From the human T2T-CHM13v2.0 reference genome, Homo sapiens, in the NCBI RefSeq assembly GCF_009914755.1, contig NC_060929.1: a DNA stretch of 64,000 nucleotides; one strand, written 5' to 3'. Position 1 is the first letter of the stretch. Each line of letters opens with the position of its first letter. The notes under the pieces are model-generated. The model made no database searches. It was not told the origin of the DNA and saw only the letters and a list, made by a program, of their open reading frames with translations. The position numbers and the translations under genes are program-made. Below, piece after piece: positions 1-19,824 of this stretch.

Positions 1-3000
1 CTGCCTCTGTTTGCAGTGCCACCCTGGGTGCCCTGGGGGCTGCATCATAGCTCCTGCACTGACAGACTGTGCCAGAGCAGTCCCATGGACATGCACCAGC
101 CCATCCACTCTCTCCCAACACAGCTGCCTCCCTGCCTACGGCCACTTCCCGCATTACTTTACTTGTGCCTGTGGATCTTGCCTTCTCTGCCCCACCAGTG
201 TGTATGTGCATGTGCACCCTGCCCTGCCACTGCTGCCAGCATGAGTGCACTCTGTGCCCCCTACCCCTGCCCTACCACCATTGCAGTCAGAATCTTGGCG
301 GGCATAGAGGCAGTCAGACCTGCCACCACCAGTGCCCCACCCATTAGCTAAAACTGCCAATGGAGTGAAACTAGGCACAGAAGACAGCGGACCCTCCTTT
401 GCCTGGAGCAGCCACCTCTGCCTGTATGAATGGGCACAGAGGGTACATACAGTCCTGTTCCTGCTGGCACTCTACCCCCCATGCTAACACCACTACCAGG
501 GCAACCATGCACGCAATCGCCAGTGGGAGACCCTCCTGTCCCTGCAAGCTGTGCGGCCTCCATGGCTGCTGTGAACACGTGCACAGAGACTGGCACCTGC
601 TAGCAGCCTGCTGCAGCCAACTAGCATGCACCCCACTGAACTGGCACTGCCACTGCTGCTGACACGTGTGAAAGAGGATGCATCCTGCTGTCACCACCCT
701 GTGAAACTCTTTGAATGGCTGCACCCATTGGAATGCTGTAACTAATGGTCTGGGAGCACCTCAGCCCCCACTAGCACAGGGAGTTTCTAACCTGGAGGAG
801 CCAGAGAACAAAGTTGGGACATAATAGCAGTGACCTAGAGTTAAAGTGTGCAGTTTAGGAGTTGTGAGCTGAGCCGTGGCTCCCTAAAATCTTCCAGAAA
901 CCAAGCCAGTCAACTGAATCCATCTTATTCCACAATAAAACACTTGAGGTCATCAAATAAGATGAAAGAAAAAAAAACTACCATGAAAGGACAGGAGCTT
1001 CACAGATTAAAGAAACATGAGCCCACAATGATGCAAAAGAACCAGTGCAAGAACTCTGAGAACTCAAAAAGCCAGAGTGCCTTCTTTCCTCCAAAGGATC
1101 ACACTAGCTCTCCAGCAAGGGTTCTGAACTGGGCTGAGATGACTGAAATTACAGAAAAAAAAATATTCAGAATGTGAGTAGGAACAAAGGCTATAGAGAT
1201 GCAGGAGTACATTTAAACCTAATCCAAGGAAGCTAAGAATCACAATAGAATGATACAGGAGCTGACAAACAAAATAGCTAGTATAGAAAAGAATATAACC
1301 GACCTAATAGAGCTGAAAAAGGTACTGCAAGAATTTCATAATGCAATTGCAAGTATTATTAACAGAACAGACCAAGCTGAGAAAAGAATCTCAGAGTTTG
1401 AAGTCTGGCTTTCAAAAATAAGACAGTCAGACAAGAATAGAGAAAAAACAATAAAAAGGAATTGACAAAACCTCTGAGAAATAAGGGATTATGTAGAGAC
1501 AAAATCTATGATTCATTGGTGTCCCTGAAAAAGATGGGGAGAATGGAAGCAACTTGGAAAATATATTTCAGGATGTCATTTATGACAATTTCCCCAAACT
1601 AGCTAGAGAGGCCAACATTCACATTCAGAAAATGCAGTGAACCTCATTAAGATACTTCACAAAAAGATTATCCCCAAGACACATAATCATCAGATTTGCC
1701 AAGATTGAAATGAAAGAAAAAATGTTAAAGGCAGCTAGAGAGGAAAGGGCCAATCACCTACAAAGGCAAGCCCAACAGATTAACAGTTGACCTCTCAGTA
1801 GAAACCTTACAAGACAGAAGAGATTAGGGGTCAATATGCAACATTCTTAAAGTCAAGAAATTTCAACCAAAAATTTTATATGTAGCCAAACTGATCTTCA
1901 TAAGCAAAGGAGAAATGAGATTCTCTTTAGACAAGCAAACGCTAGGGGAATTTGTTATCAACATACCTGTTTTCCAAAAGCTCCTGAAGGAGGCACAAAA
2001 TGTGGAAAGGAGAGACCATTACCAGCCACTACAAAAACACTCATGAGTACACAGACCATTGACACTATAAAGCAACCACACAAACAAATCTGCATAATAA
2101 CGAGCTAACATCATGACAACAGTATCAAATTCACAAATATCAATATAAACCTTGAATGGAAACTGGCTAAATGTCCCAATTAAAAGGCACAGAGTGTCAA
2201 GCTGGATAAAACACCAAACCCATAGGTGTGCTATCTTCAAGCAACCCATCTCACATGAAATGACACCTATAGACTTGAAATAAAGGGATGGAGAAAAATC
2301 TACTGAGCAAATGGAAATCAGAAAAAAATCAAGGGTTGCTAACCTAATTTGAGACAAAACAAACAAAACCAGCAAAGATAAAAAAAAGACCAGGATACTA
2401 CATAATAGTAAAGAGTTCATTCAATTCAACAGGAAGAAATAACCATCCTAAAAATATATGCATCTAATACAGGAGCACCGAGATTCATAAAGCAAGTTTT
2501 TAGAGATTTATGAAGAGACTTAGATTCCCATGTAATAATAGTGGGAGACTTCATCCAATACCACACTGTCAGTACTAGATAGATAATTGAGGCAGAAAAT
2601 TAACATAGAAATCCCAAACATAAATTCAGCACTGGATCAAATGAACCTGAAAGACATATACAGAACTCTCCACCCAAAAACAACAGAATATACAGTTTTC
2701 TCATCACCACACAGCACATACTCTAAAATCGATCACATAATTAGACATCAAACAATACTCAGCAAATGCAAAAAAATGGAATTATATCAACCACTCTATC
2801 AGACCACAGAACAATAAAATTAGAATTTGGGACTACAAAAATCGCTCAAAACCATACGATTACATGGAAATTAAGTAACCTGCTCCTGAACAACTTTTGG
2901 GTAAGTAATTAAATTAAGGGAGAAATCAAGATGTTTTTTAAAACTGATGAGAACAAAGATGCAACATACCAGAATCTCTGGGACACTGCTAAGGAACTGT

Positions 3001-3196
3001 TAAGAGAAAAATTTGTAACACTAAACATGCACATCAAAAATTTAAAAGGATCTCAATTTAATAACGCAACATGAAAACTGAAAGAATTAGAGAAGCAAGA
3101 GAAAACAAACCTCAAAGCTAGCCAAAGATAAGAAATAACTAAAATCAAAGCTGAATTGAAGGAGATTGAGACACAAAAAACTATTAAAAAGATTAA
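1..3196 (+). mobile_element. Old primate L1 (L1PA12-14/L1PREC2-type), 5' part: GC-rich 5'UTR, decayed ORF1 (~960-2040), start of ORF2 (~2112)
   Basis: ORF1-like peptides (…SQSAFFPPKDHTSSPA…; …DQAEKRISEFE…). ORF2 start atgacaacagtatcaaattcacaaat resembles MTGSNSHIT. EN fragment [14 protein letters not shown]…TYSKIDHI. Many stops and frameshifts. Subfamily inferred from the 3' end at 18.7-18.9 kb. Confidence 0.9.
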
Positions 3197-3692
3197 TCCT
3201 CAACAAAATACTGGTAAACCAAATCCAGCAGCACATCAAACGACTTATCCATCACAATCACGTAGTCTTTATCCTTGGGGATACAAGGTTGGTTCAACAT
3301 GCACACTAAATGTGATTCATCACATAAACAGAAGTAAAGATAAAAAACACATGATTATTGCAATCAATACAGAAAAGGCCTTTGATAAAATTCAACACCT
3401 TTTCATGTTCAAAACTTGCAATAAACTAGGTATTCAAGGAACATACCTGGAAATAATAAGAGCCATCTATGGCAAATCCTCAGCCAACATCATAATGAAT
3501 GAGCAAAAGCTAGAAGCATTCCCCTTGAAAACTAGCACAAGACAAGGATGCCTTCTGTCATCACTGCTATTTAACATATAATCATGTCATCTGCAAACAA
3601 AAATAATACGACTTCCTGTCTTCCCATTTTGATGCATTTTATTTCTTTCACTTGCTTGATTGTTCTGACTGGGACTTCCATTACTATGTTAA
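3197..3692 (+). mobile_element. Displaced L1 ORF2 (RT-region) fragment whose last ~115 bp (3579-3692) are inverted
   Basis: 3197-3578 encodes …[14 protein letters not shown]…[13 protein letters not shown]. 3579-3692 is the reverse complement of the next ORF2 segment (…tttgcagatgacatgatt, FADD). Confidence 0.85.
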
Positions 3693-3924
3693 GGAGCTCT
3701 CATGTTAGCACCACATCTTGGCAAGAGGCAAACCAACTTAAGTCATTACAGCAACTCATGGCAGAATAATACTGCTCCCAGGAAGGAGAAAATGGGTGCT
3801 AACACCACTGCTTGTAACTGGCTAATCAGAGGTCTTGAGTTTGTCCACCTGACAGACTCACTAATAGCATAAACAACATTTGAGAAAGCCAGCACTCTAA
3901 GCCTGTCTACAACCAAGGATTTTC

Positions 3925-7642
<3,718 letters not shown>

Positions 7643-10600
7643 TAGCAATTACTGCAGACTGGCTTTCAGAAAACCCCATCCCTAGGGGAAGGAGGAGAGC
7701 AACATATCAATGGCTTACCCCATGGGACAAAAGAATCTGAACAGCAGGCCTTGAGTCCCAGACCGTTCCACTCATGGGAAATTTCTCACAGCGGAGACAC
7801 AATTGCAATGCTGGGTGTAGTAGGGAAAGTTTGCACCTCAACCCCAACAAGCAGGCATCCTTTGTGATTGGAAAGGGCTTTAAAAAGAGGGGTCCTTGTT
7901 TCCCCTGTCACTTCACTGTAGACACAGCTGGGGCTTCACCCACAGGAACACAGCTTGGATGCAACTACAGACAGCCTTTCTGGTATAATCCAGGATAGCA
8001 CAGCCCCAAGAAGGAGCACCACCTAGATTCAGGCCTGCATGACAGGCAGATGTTGATGTTGGAACATCAACGTTTCTACAGATGAAAAGAGGTGCCTGAA
8101 TGATCTGAATAGCTGAAACACTGGAACAGGAGTGAGGCTCTGTGGTGAATAGCTTTCCTGCTGGCTTGGCAGGGGAGCTGAGGTAGCTTCCGATCTTCAC
8201 CCTGGTAAAACCTCAGCATGTTTAATTGAGCACTCACCCAGCCACCCTCATCAAGGCTGGGACCTCAGCCCACTTTTGGGTATTACATCTACCCACCTCC
8301 TGGTTAGGCTATGACTGGTGCCTACCCAGGAATACCTCCTTTATTGACCTGAAACCGAATCATCAACTCAGTAAGTAAAATACTGGAGAAAAATAAAATA
8401 AATAAATGAAGAGTATACCATAAGAGAACAAGGTAAGCTTCAAGAAACCGCTCCCATTCTAATCACATAGGAGACAGTGAACTTGCCCAAACAGCAAGAA
8501 TATAACTACTACAACCAGGATGTGGGAAACCCAGCAAACAACGACTCTCTATAAGGAATTCATGTAGAGTCTTCAGCCCCAAAAGCACCAAGAATCAAAT
8601 TAGGCTAAAATAAACATTAAGGTCCAATTTTTAAGAGGAGAAAAAAAGAAATTAAAAAACACAGTCCAATCAAAAATAAATTCAAGAACAATTTGAAAAA
8701 ATACTCTACCCAAATGAGAAGGAATAAGAAAAGTAATTTTGGTAATATGACACCAGCTCCTAGCAATGGATCTAAATCTAGAAAAAAAATTCTCTGAATT
8801 GCCAGATAAATTATTCAGAAGGTTATTAAACTACTCAAGCAGATACCAGATAAAGGTGAAAACCAACTTAAAGAAGTTTTAAAAAATCCAGGGTATAGAT
8901 GAAAACTTTTTCAGAGAAATAGACATCATAAAGAACAAACAATCAGAACTTTTGGAAATGAAAGAAATGAAAGACACACTTAGGGAAATATAAAATACAA
9001 TGAAAAGTTTCAACAACAGATTAGCACAAGTAGAAGACAGAATTTCACAGCAGGAATACCAAGCATTTGAATTAACCCAATTAGATCTCAACAAATAAAA
9101 ATAATAAAAATAAATACACAAAGTCTCCAAGAAATATTGGATTATGTAAAATGGCCAAACCTAAGAATAATTGGCATTCCTGGGGAAGAAGAAAAAACTA
9201 GAAGCTTGGAAAAATTACTTGAGGGAATAATTGAGGAAAAATTCCCTGTTCTTGCTAGAGATCTAGACATCCAAATACAAGAACCCCAAAGAACTCCTGG
9301 AAAATTCATTGCAAAAAGATCATTAACAAGGCCTGTAGTCATCAGGTTATCCAAAGGCAAGATGAAAGAAAGAATCATGAGAGCTGTGAGACAAAGGCAT
9401 CAGATAACCTATAAAGAAAAACCTATGACATTAACAGCAGATTTCTCAGCAGAAATCTTACAAGCCAGAAAGGATCAGACAAATAAATTCTGAGAGAATT
9501 TGCTACTACCAAACCAGCACTATAAGAAATGCCAAAAAAGAGTTCTAAATCTTGAAACAAAACCTTGAAATAGACCAAAGTAGAACCTACTTAAAGCATA
9601 AATCTCACAGGGCCTATAAAACAATAACAGAATGATAAAAAAAGGTATTTAGGCAACAACTAACATGGTGAATAGAACAGTACCTCACATCTCAATCCTA
9701 ACTTTGAAGGTAAATGGCCTAAATGCTTCACTTAAAAGATAGAGAATGGTAGAATGGATTAAAAACCACCAACCAAGTATACGCTGTCTTCAAGAGATTC
9801 ACTTAACACATAAGGACTCATATAAACTGAAAGATATTCCACTCAAATGGAAACCAAAAGCAAGCAGGAGTGGTTATTCTTATATGAGACAAAAGAGACT
9901 TTAAAGCAACAACAGTAAAAACAGACAAAGAAGACATTATATGATGATAAAAGGATTAGTCCCACAGGAAGATATTACAATCCTAAATACATATGCATCT
10001 AACATTGAAGGTCCCATATTTATGAATCAATTACTACTAGACCTAAGAAATGAGATAAATGGCAACACAATAATACTACGGGAATTCAGTACTCCACTGA
10101 TAGCACTAGACAGATCATCAAGACAGAAAGTCAACAAAGAAACAACAGAGAAACTATATTCTAGAACAAATGAGCTTAACAGATATTTACAGAACATTCT
10201 ACCCAACAACTGCAGAATATACATTCTTTTCATCAGCACTGGAAAAATTCTCTGAGATAGGCCATATGATAGGCCATAAAACAAGTCCCAATAAATTTAA
10301 GAAAATCAAAAATATATAAAATAATTTCTCAGACCAAAGTGAAGTAAAACTGGAAGTTAACTCCAAAAGGAATACTTAAAACTTTTAAAAATACAAGAAA
10401 ATTAAATAATATCCTGTAACAATGACAAAACTGATCCAAACTTCTGGGATATGGCAAAAGTGGTGCTAAGAGGAAAGTTCATAGCATTAAATGCCTACAT
10501 CAAAGAGTCTGAAAAAGCACAAATAGACAACTTAACATTATACCTCAAGGAACTAGAGAAACAAGAACAAACTGAACCCAAACCCAGCAGATGAAAAGAA

Positions 10601-13532
10601 ATAATAAAGATCAGGGCAGAACTAAATGAAATTGAAACAAAAATATACAAAAGATAAATGAAACAAAAGCTAGTTCTTGGAAAAGATAAGCAAAATTGAT
10701 AGACCATTAGCAAAACTAACCAAGAAAAGAAGAGAGAATATACAAATTTGCTCAACTAGAAATGAAACAGGAGACATTACAACTGATACCATAAAATACA
10801 AAAGATCAGTTGAGGCTACTATGAATACCTTTACATGCACAAACTAAAAAACCTAGAGAAGATGGATGAATTTTTAGAAATATATAACTTTTCTAGATTA
10901 AATCAGGAAGAAATAGAAACTCTGAGCAGACCAATAACAAGTAGAGAGATTAAATCAGTAATAAAAAATTGCCAACCAAAAAAGTTCAGGACCAGATGGA
11001 TTCACAGCTGAATTCTATCAGACATTCAAAGAAGAATTGGTACCAATCCAATGACACTATTCCACAGGATAGAGAAAGAAGGAATCCTCCATAAATAATT
11101 CTATGAAGCCAGTATCACCCTAATACCAAAACCAGGAAAGGACATAACAAAAAAGAAAACTACAGACCAATATCACTGATAAACATAGATGCAAAAATCC
11201 TCAAGAAAATACTAGCTAACCAAATCCGACAGCATATCAAAAAGATAATACATTATCATCAAGTGGGTTTCATACCAGGGATGCAGGAATGGTTTAACAT
11301 ATGCATGTCAATAAATGTGATACATCACATAAACAGAATTTAAACGAAAAATCATATGATCATCTCAATAGACACAGACAAAAACATTTGACAAGATCCA
11401 GCATCTCTTTATGATAAAAACCCTCGACAAAACTGAGATAGAAGGAACATACCTCAAAGCAATAAAAGTTATCTATGACAATCCCACAGCCAACATCATA
11501 TTGAATGGAGAAAAGTCAAAAGCATTCCCCCTGAGAACTGGAACAAGACAAAGATGCCCACTTTCAGCACTTCTATTCAACATAATACTGGAAGTCCCAG
11601 CCAGAGTAATAAGACAAGAGAAAGAAATAAAGGACATTCAGATTGGAAAGAGAGGAAGTCACACTGTAGCTGTTCATCAATGACATGATCATCCACCTAG
11701 AAAACCCTAAAGACTCATCGAAAAAGCCCCTAGATCTGATAAATGAATTCAGTAAAGTCTCAAGATACAAAATCAATGTACACAAATCAGTAGCACTGCA
11801 ATAACCAACAATGACCAAGCTGAGAATTAAATAAAGAACTCAATCCCTTTTACAACAGCTGCAAAAAATTAAAATTCTTTGGAATATACTTAACCAAGGA
11901 GGTGAAAGATCTCTACAAGGAAAACCAGAAAACACTGCTGAATGAAATCATAGATGACACAAACAAATGAAAACACATCCCATGTTCATGGATGGGTAGA
12001 ATTAATATTGTGAAAATGACCATACTGCCCAAAGCAATCTACAGATTTAATGCAATTACCATCAATATAGCATTGTAATTTGCCACAGAATTAGAAAAAA
12101 CAATCCTATAATATATATGAAACCAAAAAATGGACCGCATAGCCAAAGCAATAATAAGCAAAAAGAACAAAGCTGGATGTATCACACTACCCAATTGTAA
12201 GTTATACTACAAGGCTATAGTTAACAAAACAGCATGGTACTGTGTATAAAAATAGGCATGTAAACCAATGGAACACAATAGAGAACCGATAAATATAATG
12301 AAATACTTAAAGCCAACTGATCTTCAACAAAGTATAGAAAAACATAAAGTGCGGAAAGTACATCCTATTCAGGAAATGTTGTTGGGAAAACTGACAAGCC
12401 ACATACAGAGGAATAAAACTGGATCTGCAACTTTCACCTTATTAAAAAATCAGCTCAAGATGGATCAAAGACTTAAATTTATGACCTGAAACCATAAAAA
12501 TTGTAGACTATAATATCAGAAAGACTCTTCCAGACATTGGCTTAGGCAAAGAATTTATGACTAAGAACCCAAAAGCAAATGCAACAAAATCCAAAATAAA
12601 TAAATGGGACCTAATTAAACTAAAAATCTTCTGTATAGCAAAAGAAATAATCAGCAGAGTAAACCGACAACCCACCAAGTGGGAAAAAATCTTCGCAAAC
12701 TATGCACCTGACAAAGGACTAATATTCAGAATCTACAAGGAATTCAAACAAATCCTCAAGAAAAAAAAAGATTCCATCAAAAAGTGCACAAAGAATATGA
12801 ATCAACAATTCTCTAAAGAAGAAATACAAACAGACAACAAACCTGAAAAAATGCTTAATATCACTAATTATCAGGGAAATGCAAATTAAAACCACATTGA
12901 GTAACCAACCTATTCCTGTGAGCATGGCCATAATTTAAAAATCAAAAAAATTACAGATGTTGGCATAGATGTGGTGAAAAGAGAACCCTTTTACACTGCT
13001 GGTGGGAATGTAAACTGGTGCAACCACTCTGGAAAACAGTATGGAGATTCCTTAAAGAACTAAAAGTAAAGCTACCATTTCATCCAGCAATCTCACTACT
13101 GGGTATCTACTCAAAGGAAAGGAAGTTATTATACGAAAAAGACACATGTACCCGCATTTTTGTAGCAGTTGCATGCACAGTTGCAAAGATATGGAACCAC
13201 TCTAAATGCCCATCAACCAAGGAGTGGATAAAGAAAATGTGTTGTGAATGTGTGTATCCATATACACAAATATACCATGGAATATTATTCAGCCATAAAA
13301 TGGAACAAAATAATGGCCTTTGCAGCAACTTGGATGCCCATTATTCTAAGTGAAGTAACTCAGGAATGGAAAACCAAATATTGTATGTTTTCACTTATAA
13401 GTGGAACCTATGCTATGAAGATGGAAAGGCATAAGAATAATATAATGGACTCTGGGGACTCAGAGGAAGGGGCGGAAGTGGGGTACAGGATAAATGACTA
13501 CATATTGGGTAGCATATATATTGCTTGGGTGA

Positions 13533-15186
<1,654 letters not shown>

Positions 15187-16125
15187 AATCACTACTAAAG
15201 AAGTTATCCATGTAACCAGAAACCAAAAACCACCTGTACCCCAATAACTACTGAAATTTTCAAAAAGATTAACGCATCCAGGAATTGTCTTTTTTTGAAA
15301 AAGTTAATAAAATGATAGACTTCTAGCTAGAATAATAAAGAAAACAGAGATGATAATGACAAAGAAATTCACCACACAGAAATACTAATAACCATCAGAA
15401 AATATTAGGAAAACCTCCATGCATACAAACTACAAAATCTAGAAGAAATGGATAAATTCCTGGACACAAACACCCTCCCAAGTCTGAACAAGGAAGACAT
15501 TGAATCCCTAAAGAGACTAATAGCAAACTCCAAAATTGAATCAATAATGAACAGCCTACCAACAAAGAAAAGCCTAGGACCAGATGGAGTCACAGTCGAA
15601 TCATACCAGATGTACAAAGAAGAGCTGGTACTACTCCTACTAAAATTATTCCAAAAAAACTGAGGAGGAGGGACTCCTCCCTAACTCATTCTTTGAGACT
15701 AGCATCATCCTGATACCAAAACCTGGCAGAGACACAATACAAAAAAGAGAACTTCAGACTAATATCCTTGATGAATATCCAGGCAAAAATCCTCAACAAA
15801 ATACTGGTAAACCAAATCCAGCAGCACATCAAAAAGCTTGTCCGCTATGATCAAGTAGGCTTTATCCCTGGAATTTGAGGTTGGTTGAACATATTATAAA
15901 CAGAATTAAGGCAAAGGCCACATAATTATCTCAATTGACCCAGAAAAGGCTTTTCATACAATTCAATACCCCTTCATGTTGAAAACTCTGAATAAACCAG
16001 GTATTAAAGGAACATACCTCAAAATAATAAGAGCCATTTATGATGAACCCTCGCCAACATCAAAATGAGTGGGCAAAAGATGGAAGCATTCCCCTTGAAA
16101 ACCAGAGCAAGTGAAGGATGCCCTC

Positions 16126-16496
16126 TGTATTGGTCTATTTTCACACTGCTATAAAGAACTTCCATGAGACTGGGTAATTTATAAAGAAAAGAGGCTTAAT
16201 TGACTCACAATTATGCATGGCTGGGGATGCCTCAGGAAACTTACAATTGTGGAGGAAGGGGAAGCAGTCACCTTCTTCACAAGGTGGCAGGAGAGCAAAT
16301 TAGGATGAAGGAGGAACTTCCAAACACTTATAAAACCTTTAGATCTCATGAGAACTCACTCACTGTCACAAGAACACTCCCATGATCCAATCACCTCCCT
16401 CTCTCAAAACATGGGGATTACAGGTCCCTCTCTCAACACTTGAGGGTTACAATTTGAGATGAGATTTGGGTGGTGACACAGAGCCAAACCATATCA
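16126..16496 (-). mobile_element. THE1 (THE1D-like) solo LTR, ERVL-MaLR
   Basis: Termini tgtattggtc…ccaaaccatatca (TG…CA). Exact 5-bp TSD ccctc at 16121-16125 and 16497-16501. Confidence 0.92.
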
Positions 16497-17880
16497 CCCT
16501 CTGTCACCTCTCCTATTCAACACAGTACTGGAAGTCCCAGCCAGAGCAATCACGCAAGAGAAAGAAATAAAAGGCATCTAAATAAGAAGAGAGGAAGTCA
16601 AATTTTCTTTGTTTGCAGATTGCATGCTTGATTCTGTATCCAGAAAAACCCATAGTCTCTGTCCAAAGGCTCCTTGATCTGATAAACAACTTCAGGAAAA
16701 CCCCAGGATACAAAATCAAGATACAAAAAACACTAGTAGTTCTATACACCAACAACAGTCAAGCCAATAGCCAAATCAGGAACACAATCTCATTTACAAT
16801 TGCCACAAAAAGAATAAAATATCCAGGAATACGGCTAACCAAGGTGAAAGATCTCTACCAAGAGAACTACAAAACCCTGCTCAAAGAAATCAGAGATGAC
16901 ACCACAAACTGAAAAGCATGCTCATGGATAAGAGCATGGATAAGAATCAGTATCATCAAAATGGCCATATTGCCCAAAGGAATTTATAGGTTCAATGCTA
17001 TTCCTATCAAACTGCCAATGACATCCTTCACAGAACTAGAGAAAACTATTTTAAAATTTATATTGAACCAAAAAGAGCTCAAATAAAATTCAAGGCAATC
17101 CTAAGCACAAAGAACAAAGCTGGAGACATTATGCTACCTGACTTCAAACTGTACTACAGGGCTACAGCAATGGTAGTGATACAAAACCAGGCACATAGAC
17201 CAACAGAACAGAATAGACAGGCCAGAAATAATGCCGCACACGTACAACCATCTGATTTTCAACAAGGCTGACAAAAACAAGCAATGGGGAAAGGAATCCT
17301 TATTCAATAAATGTTGCTGGGATAACTGGCTACCCATATGCAGAAGATTCAAACTGGACCCCTTTCTTGCCACATATACAAAAACCAACCTAAGGTGTAT
17401 TAAGAAAAATGTGAAACCCAAAATTCTAAAAACCTTGGAAGACAACTAGGCAATACCACTCTGGACATAGGAACAGGAAAAAATTTTATAATGAAGATGC
17501 CAAAAGCAATTGCAACAAAAGCAAACATTGACAAATGAGATCTAACTAAACTAACTAAGTTCTGCACAACAAAAGAAACTATCAACAGAGTAAACAGACA
17601 ACCTACAGAATGGGAGAAAATTTCTGCAAACTATGTATCTGACAGAGGTTTACTATCTAGCATCTGTAAGGAACTTAAACAAATTTACAAAAAAAAAAAA
17701 AAACCACACACACAAACAAACAACTCCCTTACAAAGTGGGCAAGAAACATAAACAGACACTTTTCAAAAGAAGACATATATGTGGTCAACAAAAATATGA
17801 AAAGAAAGCTCAACATCACTGATCATTAGAGAAATGCAAATCCAAACGACAATGAGATACCATCTCACACCAGTCAGAAT

Positions 17881-18215
17881 GGCCAGGCATGTTGGTTCAC
17901 ACCTGTAATCCCAGCACTTTGGGAGGCTGAGGCGGGTGGATCATGAGTTCAGGAGTTAGAGACAGCCTGGCCAACATAGTGAAACCCCGTCTCTATAAAA
18001 AATACAAAAATTAGCCAGATGTGATGGCAGGTGCCTGTAGTCCCAGCTACTCAGGAGGCTGAGGCAGGAGAATCGCTTGAACCCAGGAGGCAGAGGTTTC
18101 AGTAAGCCGAGACCATGCCATTGCACTCCAACCTGGGTGAAAGAGTGAGACTCCATCTAAAAAAAGAAAAAGAAAAAAAGAAAGAAAAAGTAAGAAAAAA
18201 AAAGTAAAAAAAAAA
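17881..18215 (+). mobile_element. AluS (AluSg/Sx-like) with A-rich tail
   Basis: ggccaggcat…cctgtaatcccagcactttgggaggctgagg, central A-rich linker, right arm ending gagactccatct, A/G-rich tail. Confidence 0.95.
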
Positions 18216-19326
18216 ATAACAGATCCTAAAGAGGTTGCAGAGTTAAAGGAATGCTTGTACACTGTTGGAGTGTATATTAGTTCAACCATTGTGGAAATCA
18301 GTGAGTTGGTTCCTCAAAGAGCTAAACACAGAACTACCCTTCAACCCAGCAATCTCATTACTGGGTGTATACCCAAAGGAATATAAATTGCTCTATCATA
18401 AAGACACATGCATGCTTATGTTCACTGCAGCACTATTCACAATAGCAAAGACATGGAATCAACCTAAATGCCCATCAATAGTAGACTGGATGAGAAAATG
18501 TGGTGCATATACACCGTGGAATACTATGCAGCCACAAAAAAGAACAATATTATGTCCTTTGCAAGAACATGGGTGGAGCTGGAGTCCATTATCCTTAGCA
18601 AACTAACACAGAAACAGAAAACCAAATACCACATGTTCTCACTTATAAGAGGGAGCTAAATGATGAAAACACACAGACACATAGAGGGGAACAACAGACA
18701 CTGGGACCTACCTGATGGTGGAGGGTGAGAGGAAGAAGAAGATCAGGAAAAATAACTAATGGGCACTAGGCTTAATACCTGTGTGACAAAGCAATCTGTA
18801 CAACAATCCTTCATGATACAAGTTTACCTATATAACAAATCTGCACATGTACCCATGAACTTAAAATAAAAATGAAAAAAAATAGCAATCAGTTTTTAAC
18901 TCATGAAAAAATGAAGCAAACATGTTTAAAGTATATATTAAAATATTTATTTTACATATTTTAGTGAAAGAACAATGGTTGTAAGCTTTGCAATCATTGT
19001 TTATGTACAAACACTAAAACTTTACAAAATTATGATCTTTCATCAGTACTACCATTCATTGGAGTCTAAGTTTTAATTTTTTAACCTTGAATACCAGTTA
19101 GAGGTCATATAACATACATTATGTTTGGAATACATAGTATTATCTTAGGCTAAATGTAATATATTATGTATAAAAATTACAGAAAACAGAGGACAGGAAA
19201 AAATATGACTTTAAACCCTGTTCACTTCTTCCAAATAAAGTCATATTTCTTGTATGAATAAAACAATAAAATTATTATTTTAATGAAAGCAATGTAAACA
19301 TATTTCAGAATTACATAGAAAATATA

Positions 19327-19370
19327 TTGAGACTAAAATAAAATAAATTTGAGACTAAAATAAAATAAAT
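19327..19370. repeat. 22-bp tandem duplication (ttgagactaaaataaaataaat)x2
   Basis: Two adjacent exact copies read directly from the sequence. Confidence 0.85.
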
Positions 19371-19451
19371 TGAAAACCATATACTCATTATTTCATTCAA
19401 TCAAAAAATTTTTGCATGCTAAAAACTATGCTTAGAACTGAGGAGGCCACC

Positions 19452-19740
19452 TCACACGCATACATCTGTACACACACATATATATTCATATATTTTCATA
19501 CACACACATACACCTGCAAACAAAAGTGCATGCATGAAAACATTCACACACATATTTGCCCACATGTAGACAGAAATGTGTATAGCCATATGTTGGCATT
19601 CATACACATGTGCATGCATATAGACATATATGCACACACTATCTATATATGCACACATATATCTACGTACATACACTCATGCAGACACACGTAAGCTCAC
19701 CTACACAAACATATACAAACAGACATAGTGCACACACAAA
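19452..19740. repeat. Degenerate CA/TA low-complexity tract
   Basis: Alternating purine-pyrimidine runs (cacacacatatatat…); source of spurious H/T/Y/I-rich ORFs. Confidence 0.85.
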
Positions 19741-19824
19741 ATCACAATTTAGATTAAGTCCTGTCAATGGAGCAAACGAAAATCGAAGTAAATATTCTTT
19801 TAGCATAGTTCATAATCTTCGGGT

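Larger units (their letters stand above)
15261..18882 (+). mobile_element. 3' part of the old L1PA12-14/L1PREC2-type host (ORF2 remainder and 3'UTR), interrupted by THE1 LTR and Alu
   Basis: Resumes ORF2 where the 5' part stopped (aaaaagattaa|cgcatccagg). 3' end gatcaggaaaaataactaatgggcactaggcttaatacct…gaacttaaaataaaa. Confidence 0.9.

Noticed and set aside
11-724. Cys/Pro/His-rich ORFs
   Set aside because: Open frames in the GC-rich 5'UTR of an old L1 on both strands; no domain pattern.
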